Positions 52,069 through 61,201 of a stretch of DNA of 64,000 bases are shown piece by piece. Positions within the stretch are counted from its first letter, which is position 1. Each line of letters opens with the position of its first letter. This DNA is from an uncultured Nitrososphaerales archaeon (lineage in GTDB: Archaea; Thermoproteota; Nitrososphaeria; Nitrososphaerales; Nitrososphaeraceae): the NCBI GenBank assembly GCA_963841565.1, contig CAWJCY010000003.1:96001-160000 (forward strand), given 5' to 3'. The notes below the pieces were generated by a model. The model saw only the letters and a program-made list of their open reading frames with translations, did not search any database and was not told where the DNA came from. The position numbers were made by a program, and so were the translations under genes.

Positions 52069-52621
52069 AAAAATTCCGATTGAGAAAATGAGTGTCGACC
52101 TAACGATACCCTCAGAGGTAACTGTATCCATAGAAAAAGACCACATTCAAGTTCACGGAAAGCTAGGCACCCTTAGAAAAGATTTATCAAAGATTCCAAT
52201 AAAAGTGGACATCGGTCAAAATGGCATTAAGATTTCTTCCTATGGAAAGAGGAAGCGAGATTTTGCGATTATTAACACTGCAAAAAGCATTTTGAACAAT
52301 ATGATTCGTGGGGTAGAGAAAGGATACACTTATCGATTAAAAGTTGTTTTTGCGCATTTCCCCATTTCTGTTAAGGTAAAGGGATCTGAGGTCCATGTGG
52401 AAAATATCTTTGGAGAGAGAGCACCAAGAATATCCATGATAGTAGGTAGTAATACAAAAGTAAAGACAAGCGGCGATGACGTGTTGGTAACTGGACCGAG
52501 CATTGAAGACGTGTCTCAGACAGCTGCCAACATCGAGTCGTCAACAAAAATAAGGGGGAAGGACCAAAGAGTATTTCTTGATGGACTATACATCTATTCT
52601 AGAGAAGCCGGAATAACGTAA
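52058..52621 (+). CDS. rpl6: 50S ribosomal protein L6
   Basis: NMIRGV..GY, FAHFPISV, QTAANIE, KDQRVFLDGLY. Confidence 0.96.
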   Translation: MCTEKIPIEKMSVDLTIPSEVTVSIEKDHIQVHGKLGTLRKDLSKIPIKVDIGQNGIKISSYGKRKRDFAIINTAKSILNNMIRGVEKGYTYRLKVVFAHFPISVKVKGSEVHVENIFGERAPRISMIVGSNTKVKTSGDDVLVTGPSIEDVSQTAANIESSTKIRGKDQRVFLDGLYIYSREAGIT

Positions 52622-52688
52622 AAACCTGTATAGTCTGTAGGATTCATCTTTGTGGGCGGGAGTATATTTGATCGCTAAAGATTCACCC

Positions 52689-52715
52689 TATTTCAAATCT
52701 CGAGTTTAGAAAGAT
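52689..52715. repeat. Copy 1 of the dispersed palindrome TTTC-N6-CG-N6-GAAA
   Basis: TATTTCAAATCTCGAGTTTAGAAAGAT; its reverse complement matches 59768-59794 at 24/27. Confidence 0.6.
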
Positions 52716-52809
52716 GTTATTCTTCAGCCATTATTTGTGCTCCAGTGTTGACTAATCATTCTGGAGACGTAGAACGGGCTCAAGCATAGCTTTTAATTGA
52801 TTAGAAGAA

Positions 52810-53523
52810 GTGTATCTTAACGTGAAAGGCGTTATACTTGCTGGGGGTTTGGGAAAAAGGCTCAGACCAATCACTGATGAGAGGCCAAAACCTATGATAG
52901 AAGTTTGCGACCGACCAATAATCGAATGGCAAATCAGATGGTTCAAAAATCATGAAGTCGATGAAATTGTTATATGTGTAGGATACCTTAAGGAACGTAT
53001 TATTGATTACATCGGAAGTGGAAACAGATTCGGTGTAAGAGTTGGTTATGCTGTTGAAGAGGAACCACTCGGAACAGGCGGAGCACTGAAGAATGCTAGG
53101 AGCTTGATTAACGGTTCAAAAGGCGAGGGTTTCTTTATGGTAAATGGCGATATTTTAACAGACCTAGATCCAAATGTTCTTAAGCACACTAAAAATTCTG
53201 CGTTAGCACTCGTGCCATTGAAGAGTCCATATGGTGTCATTGAATTGGACAAGAACGGCCTCGTTACTGGCTTTGTTGAGAAGCCACAGATCAATGACAA
53301 ATGGATTAATGCAGGGGTCTATTTTTTTACTAACGATGTTTTCGATTTTCTACCTGACCATGGAAACATAGAAACATCGGCTTTGCCCATCATGGCGAAA
53401 GACCGAATTTTAAAGGGCGTTACATTCTCTACCTCTTTCTGGAGATCAGTTGATTCGCATAAAGATATGGACGAGGCTACCAAGGAAATTCAGAATTCTC
53501 AATTGGTTTCACGAGGGGACTAA
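52810..53523 (+). CDS. Nucleotidyltransferase family protein
   Basis: ILAGGLGKRLRPIT..PKPM, EPLGTGGA, NGD, EKP, INAGVY. Confidence 0.9.
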   Translation: MYLNVKGVILAGGLGKRLRPITDERPKPMIEVCDRPIIEWQIRWFKNHEVDEIVICVGYLKERIIDYIGSGNRFGVRVGYAVEEEPLGTGGALKNARSLINGSKGEGFFMVNGDILTDLDPNVLKHTKNSALALVPLKSPYGVIELDKNGLVTGFVEKPQINDKWINAGVYFFTNDVFDFLPDHGNIETSALPIMAKDRILKGVTFSTSFWRSVDSHKDMDEATKEIQNSQLVSRGD

Positions 53524-54525
53524 TTGAACTCTAGTGGAGAAATCAAGACAGGATTCAGCTTGGGGACTCTTCTTTCCATCGATGAGATTTTAAGATTTTC
53601 TCGTCTAGCAAATGGCTATAAGAATGTTCATTCTTTGTGGGTACCTGAAACCTGGGGACGGGAAGCCTTTAGTACACTAGGAGCGATTTCTCAGGTTGCC
53701 CACCAACCGAAATTAGGAACAGCAATACTCAATATCTATTCACGAACACCCTCTACGATAGCTATGGGCGGAATCACCCTTGATATCCTCTCAGGGAATC
53801 GAACTTTGATGGGATTAGGGGTAAGCACCAGTGCAATCATTGAGGATTGGCATGGCTTAGCCTTCAATAAACCACTTGCTAGAATGAGGGAAATGGTTGC
53901 TCTCCTTCGGCTCATTTGGATGGGAAATCAGGTATCATTCAAAGGCGATTTCTTTAGTGTTTCAAATTTCAAGCTTTTACATCCCCCTCCTCGGCGTTCT
54001 ATTCCTATATTTTTGGCCGCGGTAAATCCGCTAATGATAGCACTTTCTCTATCGGTCGCAGATGGCATACTGCTATACTTGAGACCCTTTAATGAATTGA
54101 GGTCCACAGTTCAAAAGATGAGGAGAGAAATCAGGAGGCCATTGGAATTGGCTTCAGTCTTCATATGCTCAATTTCTGATGAGCATCCTGATAGGGCGAG
54201 ATTGCGCGCAGCAAAGACTCTGGCGTTTTATGTTTCAGTGGGAGTATATTACAGGAAACTCATTTCAAACTCTGGGTTCGCAAATGAGACAGATACCATT
54301 GTTGAAGAGTACAACAAGAGAGGACTTGATGCTGCCTCCAGAATTGTTTCTGACAAATTCCTGGACGAAATTGCTATTTGCGGTGATTCCGAACAAGGCA
54401 GACGCTCCATGCAGAGATTTATCTCTGCAGGAATAACACTTCCTATATTACAAATTAATCCTGTAGAAGGAGACGACTCTCAGAAATCCTTCATCAAATT
54501 GTTGGAGACTTTTTCGAATGAATAA
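53524..54525 (+). CDS. LLM-class (Mer-like, probably F420-dependent) oxidoreductase
   Basis: WVPETWGRE, LGTAILNIYSRTP, GLGVS, ADG. Confidence 0.88.
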   Translation: MNSSGEIKTGFSLGTLLSIDEILRFSRLANGYKNVHSLWVPETWGREAFSTLGAISQVAHQPKLGTAILNIYSRTPSTIAMGGITLDILSGNRTLMGLGVSTSAIIEDWHGLAFNKPLARMREMVALLRLIWMGNQVSFKGDFFSVSNFKLLHPPPRRSIPIFLAAVNPLMIALSLSVADGILLYLRPFNELRSTVQKMRREIRRPLELASVFICSISDEHPDRARLRAAKTLAFYVSVGVYYRKLISNSGFANETDTIVEEYNKRGLDAASRIVSDKFLDEIAICGDSEQGRRSMQRFISAGITLPILQINPVEGDDSQKSFIKLLETFSNE

Positions 54526-55618
54526 AGTCGCCATCGTAGACTATGCAACTACCAAATTTCGTAAACTAACAGACAAATCCGTTTACGAATTGGCTTGTGA
54601 ACCATCTATGGAAATTTTGAGGTCCTCAAAAATAACAGCGAATAAGATAGAGGGCCTATTGTTTTCGAGCTGTTCGTATGATCTTTACGGTGGAGCAATT
54701 GCATCTGAAATGCTAGGTATTATTCCCAAAATAACATGTAGGATTGATAATCTTTGTAATTCCGGTACTGTCGCATTATCAGCTGCTTATTCCTACATTT
54801 CTTCAGGACTATGTAATTCGATTTTAGTAGTTGGTGCAGAGTCGCGTAACAGCCCTGGTTCCAAGCTCATCTGGGATGTATCAAGAGGCCATTTTACTTC
54901 CCCAATTTACTGGGCATCGGTTTTTGCCAGGATGCATATGCGAGAGTATGGGACCACTGAAGAAGATATGGCAGTCATAGCAGTCAAGAATAGATCATTG
55001 GCGGTACATAATCCGAATGCTATGTTCAACAAGCCAATTTCACTTGAAGATGTATTAAATTCTAGAAGGCTGGTTGATCCGATTAAGCTGTTAGATTGCG
55101 GTGCACTCTGCTCAGGGGCTGCTGGCCTGCTACTTGTTTCCGAGGATCTCGCCAGAAATCTTGATGTTCAACCTGTTTGGATAGACGGAATAGGACAGCA
55201 AACCAACTGTGCAAGCGTTGCACACGCTATTCCGGGGATATTTAAGAATGGATCAAGTAAATTGGCAGCGGCACATGCCTATGAAATGGCGAGAGTGAAA
55301 CCTGCGGATATTCAAGTGGCAGAAATTCATGATGCATTTACAATAATGGAAATCATGGCATATGAGGATTTGGGGTTTGCAAGAACAGGGAAAGGAGCTT
55401 CGTATGCCTTAGACGGAAATATTGCAACAAACCCCAGGGGTGGAATCCTTGGATCAGGTCATCCAATCGGCGCAACAGGTATTGCCCAAGTGTGCGAAAT
55501 AGTATCTCAGTTAAGGCATGAGGCAGGAATACGTCAGGCAGGTAGTTGTAACGTAGGATTGGTCCATAACCTTGCAGCAGCAGGAACTTCAGCAACAATA
55601 ATGATCCTACGTTCGTGA
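54518..55618 (+). CDS. Thiolase family protein (SCP2-type / archaeal acetyl-CoA acetyltransferase)
   Basis: NLCNSG (catalytic Cys), EIHDAF, GHPIGATG, HNLAAAG. Confidence 0.9.
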   Translation: MNKVAIVDYATTKFRKLTDKSVYELACEPSMEILRSSKITANKIEGLLFSSCSYDLYGGAIASEMLGIIPKITCRIDNLCNSGTVALSAAYSYISSGLCNSILVVGAESRNSPGSKLIWDVSRGHFTSPIYWASVFARMHMREYGTTEEDMAVIAVKNRSLAVHNPNAMFNKPISLEDVLNSRRLVDPIKLLDCGALCSGAAGLLLVSEDLARNLDVQPVWIDGIGQQTNCASVAHAIPGIFKNGSSKLAAAHAYEMARVKPADIQVAEIHDAFTIMEIMAYEDLGFARTGKGASYALDGNIATNPRGGILGSGHPIGATGIAQVCEIVSQLRHEAGIRQAGSCNVGLVHNLAAAGTSATIMILRS

Positions 55619-55636
55619 TATTTGGAGTAGTCTTTA

Positions 55637-56002
55637 ATGCGACGTTTTATGAATCAACTAAAAAATGGCATTTTTGTAATTTCTTATTGTACAGCGTGCA
55701 AAAAGAAAATTTGGCCACCGTATGAACATTGTCCTAACTGCTACCGAAGAACATCAACGGTACATGCTGGCAAATTCGGAAGGATAGTAGAATTTAGCAG
55801 ATCCTGGCTAGAGGAAGGCGAAGTAATCGTAGCACTAATAGATATGGATGGGATCTTGTTGTTTGGTTCTGTATTAGAAGGATCACGGATCACTATTGGG
55901 ACAGCGGTCGAATTAGTAGCGACAGGAGCATCTCCAGATGGAAAGATTCATTTCAGTTTCAGAACACTTGATCGGTTTGATTCATATACGATGAATAAAT
56001 AA
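55637..56002 (+). CDS. DUF35-type Zn-ribbon/OB-fold protein (thiolase partner)
   Basis: CTACKKKIWPP..CPNC followed by an OB-like strand pattern; directly after the thiolase. Confidence 0.85.
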   Translation: MRRFMNQLKNGIFVISYCTACKKKIWPPYEHCPNCYRRTSTVHAGKFGRIVEFSRSWLEEGEVIVALIDMDGILLFGSVLEGSRITIGTAVELVATGASPDGKIHFSFRTLDRFDSYTMNK

Positions 56003-56379
56003 TGTATCTAAATCGAGTTATGAGTTACGATAGATTTGTCGATGATCGACTCCTTACCAGTAGAGACGCTCTCAATACTACTCAAATGAAACTCAAATTA
56101 ATGGAAATCGATGAAGGAGCCAGAGATTTCTCCCAACGGTTCGGGAGGAGAGTTCTAGTTAAAAAAGTTCTTCTCACGATGAAGTATTCGAAAACAGAGG
56201 AGGTAGAAGAAGTAGAATTGGATCTCGAGTTACTTGAGAACAAACTGAGAAAGGAGCGACTATTCTCTTCCTCCAACAGATGGGTATCATCGAATGAAAT
56301 AAAGAATGGGTACATTATTGCGAATCGACATCTTGATTTGCTTGCAGATGCGATAGCATTGGACATAATATCCTTCTGA
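56002..56379 (+). CDS. Hypothetical protein
   Basis: 125 aa ORF overlapping the upstream stop; protein-like composition. Confidence 0.7.
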   Translation: MYLNRVMSYDRFVDDRLLTSRDALNTTQMKLKLMEIDEGARDFSQRFGRRVLVKKVLLTMKYSKTEEVEEVELDLELLENKLRKERLFSSSNRWVSSNEIKNGYIIANRHLDLLADAIALDIISF

Positions 56380-56414
56380 CGTTATTGGACATCTGATTAA
56401 GATAATCATCAAAG

Positions 56415-56524
56415 CGCCGCTGATCAGACTCGAACTGATGACCCACTGGTTAACAGCCAGCTAAGCTCCAGAGGAGTTTTCCAAACCACGCTAGAATTGC
56501 TCTACCATGCTGAGCTACAGCGGC
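56415..56524 (-). tRNA. tRNA-Asn(GTT) with ~36 nt non-canonical intron at ~26-28
   Basis: GCCGCTG-TA-GCTC..GAGC-A[insert]CTGG-CTGTTAA-CCAGT..ATCAG-TTCGAGT-CTGAT-CAGCGGC-G; removal leaves ~74 nt. Confidence 0.92.
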
Positions 56525-56859
56525 GCAATATTGCAAAACATTATTGGACAAATTAAATGTTGTGTTGGACTACCAGAGAAAATTCGTCAGCTCTCCAAAA
56601 GGGTTAATCAATCTGAATAGAGTCAGATAATCCCTACTTGCTGTCATAGAATGGACCCATGATATGAACTGTGTTCAAATTGTCATAACATAAGTCAGTC
56701 AGAATAGATGGCGTAATTTATCGGTTGTTGGTAGGGGTTATAGCCACCAAATTGTGGAGTTGTTAATAGCAGAATAGCCTCCTACACTGTAATCTAATAG
56801 CTGAATTGTGCTAACAGAAAGGCTCCAAGGATATAGTTTGGTCCTGCCTTATTTGACGA

Positions 56860-57005
56860 ATTTCGTATATAGTCTGATAATCACTGACAGTTCAGAAAAG
56901 GACCCATTTCTGAATCGTTCAATTAAGAGAACGCTTTTTTTACTCTTAACAGCTGGCAAAATTGGGGCTTCGTTTGAAAAAGTGGGAGATACCCTTTTTG
57001 AATAT
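56860..57005. promoter_or_regulatory. Putative res-like recombinase-binding region (clustered inverted repeats)
   Basis: TTCAGAAA-N8-TTTCTGAA (56891-56914), CGTTC-N8-GAACG (56916-56933), GTCTGATAA and GTTTGAAAA half-site-like words, just upstream of the recombinase gene. Confidence 0.35.
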
Positions 57006-57068
57006 TTTGTCTTGGAAGGTTGACAATTTGTTTAATTAACCTCATAAATGGTTTGCTTTAGTGAAGTC

Positions 57069-57656
57069 ATGTATGCATTCGCCTACCTAAGGGTAAGTAC
57101 CGAAGAACAGACTGTCATGAATCAGAAACTTGTTCTAGACAAATGGGCTTCAGACCATGATTTTGACATACTTTCGTATTTCGAAGACTCGTCGGTAAGT
57201 GGAAGAATTCCAGCAATTCGGAGGCGTGCATTCAGGGATATGCTTGAGATCATTAAAGCAGAATCCGTAGATGCCATATTAGTATATGAACTTTCCAGGG
57301 TAGGGAGAACTTTCTGGGATACGCTTGACGCGATAAAAGCCATTGAAGAATATGCTCCGTTGATTTCTTGTTCACCAAGGGAAACCTTCCTTCAGAGCAC
57401 AGAACCAAGTGTCAGAAAGCTGATGATCGGCATACTCACTTGGGTAGCAGAAAGAGAGCGAGAAATGCTGGTCCAACGAACCAAAGATGGAATGAAGAGG
57501 GCTAAGGAATCCGGCAAAAGTATTGGAAGGCCCCAGGTAATGATAGATAAGAACATACTAGTCAAACTGCTTGCGGACAACGCTCCCCGCGCTAGAATTG
57601 CGAAGGACCTAGGGATTTCAAAAGCAACGTTATATAAGGAATTACGACAAATGTAG
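57069..57656 (+). CDS. Serine recombinase (resolvase/invertase family) with C-terminal HTH
   Basis: AYLRVSTEEQ (catalytic Ser), SG..RR.F, YELSRVGR, ERE..QRT..G, GRP, IAKDLGISKATLYK; start at 57069 or 57048. Confidence 0.95.
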   Translation: MYAFAYLRVSTEEQTVMNQKLVLDKWASDHDFDILSYFEDSSVSGRIPAIRRRAFRDMLEIIKAESVDAILVYELSRVGRTFWDTLDAIKAIEEYAPLISCSPRETFLQSTEPSVRKLMIGILTWVAEREREMLVQRTKDGMKRAKESGKSIGRPQVMIDKNILVKLLADNAPRARIAKDLGISKATLYKELRQM

Positions 57657-57695
57657 TGAAAATTTCTATAATGGATTATCACTTTGACACTTTTT

Positions 57696-59009
57696 TTAGA
57701 GCAAACGCTCGACTTTCTCAATAATGAATCGTATAACGCTTAGTATGTACTCCAGATTTTTCCTGTCAATAGCAAGTGGTGGGATCAAGACAACTGTCTT
57801 TCCCAGCGGCCTTAAATAAACCCCAGAGTTTAGCGCATGTTTGAAAATGAAAGAATCGACAGGTTCGCCTGTTTTCTTTCTTATTGCCTCTACACCTCGT
57901 TTAGAGATATCTAAACCGGCGAGCATTCCTTTATGTCGCACGTTGATTACAGCTGCAGAATTCTGAAACTCATCCAATTTCTTCCTTATGTATCTTGATT
58001 TCAGAGAAATATCCCGCATTAGACCTCTTTTTCTATAAAGTTTCAAATTGGCAATAGCAGTTGCGCAGCCGATAGGATGTCCGCAAAATGTGTGACCATG
58101 ATATAGTTTAGCTCCCCTATCAAGGAACGATCGAAATATTTCAGAGTTCGTTAGAGTGACCGCTAATGGCGTGTACCCTGCAGTCAAGGCTTTACCGAAA
58201 CAGACGATATCTGGAATTGAACCTTGTTTCAAATATTCTATCATATTTCCAAGCCTACCGAATCCTGTGGCAATCTCATCCAAAATGAGAAGAACCCCAT
58301 ACTTAGTACATAAATCAGCTATTCCCTTTTGATATCCTTGTGGGTAAATTCTTATCCCACCAGCAATTTGAGCGCCGCTCTCCATTACTATTGCGCAGGT
58401 CTTCGCAGAAACTTTCTTCAGACGCGATTCGGTTTCCTCAAGTATCTCATCTAATTCGGATACAGGCTCGCCCAACTTTAGAGAAGGGTTCGGAAATCGA
58501 GTCACCCTCTGCAATAGTGGTCTGTAGGCGGAAAAGTATCGCGGAACATAACCCACAGACATCGCCCCGATTGTGTCGCCGTGATAACCATTCTGAAGGG
58601 AGACAAAATGTCTCTTTTCCGGCCTGCCCCTATTATTATAATATTGTATGGCCATCTTCATTGCAACTTCTACTGCGGTAGAACCATTATCGGAATAGAA
58701 AATGTGTTCCATCCCTTTAGATAATCTTAATAATTCTACGGAAAGTTCTATGGAAGGTTTATTTGCTAGACTAAAAAGACTGGAGTGTTGAAGTGAATTG
58801 ATTTGTTTTTTCATCTCCCTGATGATCTCTTTTTCCCCGTGGCCCCAAACATTACACCACATACTTGCGACACCGTCGAGGTATTTTCGACCTTCCGAAT
58901 CTATAAGATAGAACCCCCTTCCTTTGGTTATTATTTTGGTCGTTGAGCTATCCCATTTGTTCATATCTGCATATGGATACCAAATGTGATGTTTACTGAT
59001 AAGAGCCAT
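57696..59009 (-). CDS. bioA: Adenosylmethionine-8-amino-7-oxononanoate aminotransferase (start 59009 or 59024)
   Basis: HIWYPY, SMWCNVWGH, DNGSTAVEVAMKMA, YHGDT, DEIATGFGR, GKALTAG, HGHTF. Confidence 0.95.
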   Translation of the reverse strand: MALISKHHIWYPYADMNKWDSSTTKIITKGRGFYLIDSEGRKYLDGVASMWCNVWGHGEKEIIREMKKQINSLQHSSLFSLANKPSIELSVELLRLSKGMEHIFYSDNGSTAVEVAMKMAIQYYNNRGRPEKRHFVSLQNGYHGDTIGAMSVGYVPRYFSAYRPLLQRVTRFPNPSLKLGEPVSELDEILEETESRLKKVSAKTCAIVMESGAQIAGGIRIYPQGYQKGIADLCTKYGVLLILDEIATGFGRLGNMIEYLKQGSIPDIVCFGKALTAGYTPLAVTLTNSEIFRSFLDRGAKLYHGHTFCGHPIGCATAIANLKLYRKRGLMRDISLKSRYIRKKLDEFQNSAAVINVRHKGMLAGLDISKRGVEAIRKKTGEPVDSFIFKHALNSGVYLRPLGKTVVLIPPLAIDRKNLEYILSVIRFIIEKVERLL

Positions 59010-59046
59010 ATTGAAATAAAGCAAACTCCATCACTATTAAATTTCT

Positions 59047-59739
59047 GTGAAAGGACTATTTGTCACTGGAACCGATACTAATATTGGAAAGACATTCATA
59101 TCCTGCTTGATAACGAATGTCCTAAAAGAACACGGTGTTGACGTAGGAGTAATGAAACCATTTGCCACGTCGCATAAGCGATACTCTACAACGTTTGGTT
59201 CTGAAGATGCGTGGAGACTTTCTCGAGCTGCCAAGGTAGTTGATCCCTATGATTTGATAAATCCCTATTTCTATCAAATTGGAACAGCCCCTTTTCTAGC
59301 TGCAACTATGAGCGGAAAGCCTACTCCCAACTTAGGTTCAGCAGTCAAAAAATTGCAAAGACTGTCAACGCAACACGAGTTTCTTGTGGTGGAAGGAATT
59401 GGAGGGGTTATGGTGCCTATCTCTAGGAAGAAGACTATCTTAGATTTTATCAAGATGGTTGGATTTCCTGCTATTATTGTGACGTCGCCCAAACTTGGTA
59501 CTATAAACCATACATTACTCACTTTCCAAGCTTGTCTTAATAGGAAAATTCGAGTAGATGCAATAATCATTAATAGGAAACCCGAAAGACCTTCTAAGGT
59601 ACAACGCCATCTCCCATCGTTACTTTCTTCACTAACGGGCGTAAAGAGAGTAATTGAAATCCCAAGAATTCGTAACAGTTACGCTTTAAAAAACATTGAA
59701 AAATTAATTGCACGAGATCTTTTAGCTATTAAGAAGTAA
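59047..59739 (+). CDS. bioD: Dethiobiotin synthase
   Basis: FVTGTDTNIGKT, MKP, VEGIGG, LGTINHTLL. Confidence 0.95.
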   Translation: MKGLFVTGTDTNIGKTFISCLITNVLKEHGVDVGVMKPFATSHKRYSTTFGSEDAWRLSRAAKVVDPYDLINPYFYQIGTAPFLAATMSGKPTPNLGSAVKKLQRLSTQHEFLVVEGIGGVMVPISRKKTILDFIKMVGFPAIIVTSPKLGTINHTLLTFQACLNRKIRVDAIIINRKPERPSKVQRHLPSLLSSLTGVKRVIEIPRIRNSYALKNIEKLIARDLLAIKK

Positions 59740-59767
59740 ATAGACTACTTGGCTCTTGGAAAATAGT

Positions 59768-59794
59768 ATCTTTCAAAATTCGATATTTGAAATA
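59768..59794. repeat. Copy 2 of the dispersed palindrome
   Basis: ATCTTTCAAAATTCGATATTTGAAATA, ~29 nt after the bioD stop. Confidence 0.65.
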
Positions 59795-59957
59795 TCATTG
59801 GGTGCTAGGATTGGATTTTATGAAAGATCGGTCAACGACAATTATTAAGATTTGTACACATAGATATTCAATTTCATTAATTGATAGCTATTATTGAGCT
59901 TGAAGAGCTCTAAACCTACCTGCCTTGAACTTCTTCTACCTATTCGTCCAGTGAACG

Positions 59958-59985
59958 ATATTTCTAATTCCGAATTCTGAAATAT
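59958..59985. repeat. Copy 3 of the dispersed palindrome
   Basis: ATATTTCTAATTCCGAATTCTGAAATAT, ~17 nt past the bioF stop. Confidence 0.55.
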
Positions 59986-60001
59986 GAAACGAAACATGTC
60001 T

Positions 60002-61201
60002 CTATATCAATTTCAATTTGACAGCTGCATATCTAATCGCGTCCACAGCATTCCAGATATTAGATAAAGTATGTAAGGCTGACATGCTAATTCTAATTCT
60101 CGACGAACCCTTCTCGACCGTAGGAAATCTTATCGGTTGGATTAAGATACCTTTTCTTAACAATAAATTAGAAAACCTGATAGCATTCTTTTCAGAGCCT
60201 ATTAAGATCGGTATGATTTGAGTTCGAGGCTGGTTAGCAATTAGACCAATCTTGTAAAGCTCTTCGCCGAAAAGCTCTATGTTCCGGAACAATTTATTCT
60301 GCAGATTACCTCTTTCTACAATCCCTATTGCAGTCATTGCTGAAGTGCATAGATGGCTAGGGATAGAAGATGTATATATAAACTGTCTAGATTTGTTTAT
60401 CAATAGTTCTCGCAATTGCCTTGAAGTGGCAACGTATCCTCCAAAACATCCTAACGCTTTGCTCAGGCTACTAGTATGAATATCAACTTTCGAGTTGACC
60501 CCAAAATACGAAGGGGTTCCTGAATATGAACGATCTCTATGACTTCCGAATATGAAATCACCATGGGCGTCGTCCACAATCAAGAACGCCTCATGTGAAT
60601 GACAGATATCGCACATTCTCTTTAAATTTGCAAAATCTCCATCCATACTAAACACGCCCTCGGTGATCACTATCTTTCGTGGAGCACCCTTGATCAATTC
60701 AATTTTATGTTCAAGATCATGAATGTCATTGTGTCTAAAAATCCTGATCTCAGCACCACTTAATCGACATCCATCTATTATACTTGCGTGGTTAAGCTCG
60801 TCACTGAAAATGACACAATTCTTACCTCCTAAAGCCGTGATGGCGCCAAGATTTGCCATATACCCTGTAGGAAACACCAGTGCCGTCTGTGTCTTGCGGT
60901 GAATGGCCAGCTTTTTCTCGAGACGCTCCAATTCAGGTGTATTTCCTGTAATGAGCCTCGAGCTGCAGGGAGAAACCTGCCTTAGAGATTTCTTGGCGGA
61001 TTGCACTACGTCATTCTGGGTGGAGAGGCCCAAATAATCATTGGAACAAAAGTTCAAAACATTGTTTTGATAGTTATGTCTAATTCTTACTGACCCCTTA
61101 ATACCATGGTCTATATTTAGGCTTCGGTAAAGATCACAGGATCTTAAGTAGTCAAGATCCTTTTTCACAAAACCGTAATGGTTACCCTTGGTTGATACCA
61201 A
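60002..61201 (-). CDS. bioF: 8-amino-7-oxononanoate synthase
   Basis: NFCSNDYLGL, TGYMAN, DELNHASIIDG, EGVFSMDGD, DDAHG, SLSKALG, IRFPTV. Confidence 0.94.
   Translation of the reverse strand: MVSTKGNHYGFVKKDLDYLRSCDLYRSLNIDHGIKGSVRIRHNYQNNVLNFCSNDYLGLSTQNDVVQSAKKSLRQVSPCSSRLITGNTPELERLEKKLAIHRKTQTALVFPTGYMANLGAITALGGKNCVIFSDELNHASIIDGCRLSGAEIRIFRHNDIHDLEHKIELIKGAPRKIVITEGVFSMDGDFANLKRMCDICHSHEAFLIVDDAHGDFIFGSHRDRSYSGTPSYFGVNSKVDIHTSSLSKALGCFGGYVATSRQLRELLINKSRQFIYTSSIPSHLCTSAMTAIGIVERGNLQNKLFRNIELFGEELYKIGLIANQPRTQIIPILIGSEKNAIRFSNLLLRKGILIQPIRFPTVEKGSSRIRISMSALHTLSNIWNAVDAIRYAAVKLKLI

Noticed and set aside
56808-57023. 71-aa ORF upstream of the recombinase
   Set aside because: No motifs; the region is better explained as an inverted-repeat-rich regulatory or res-like sequence.
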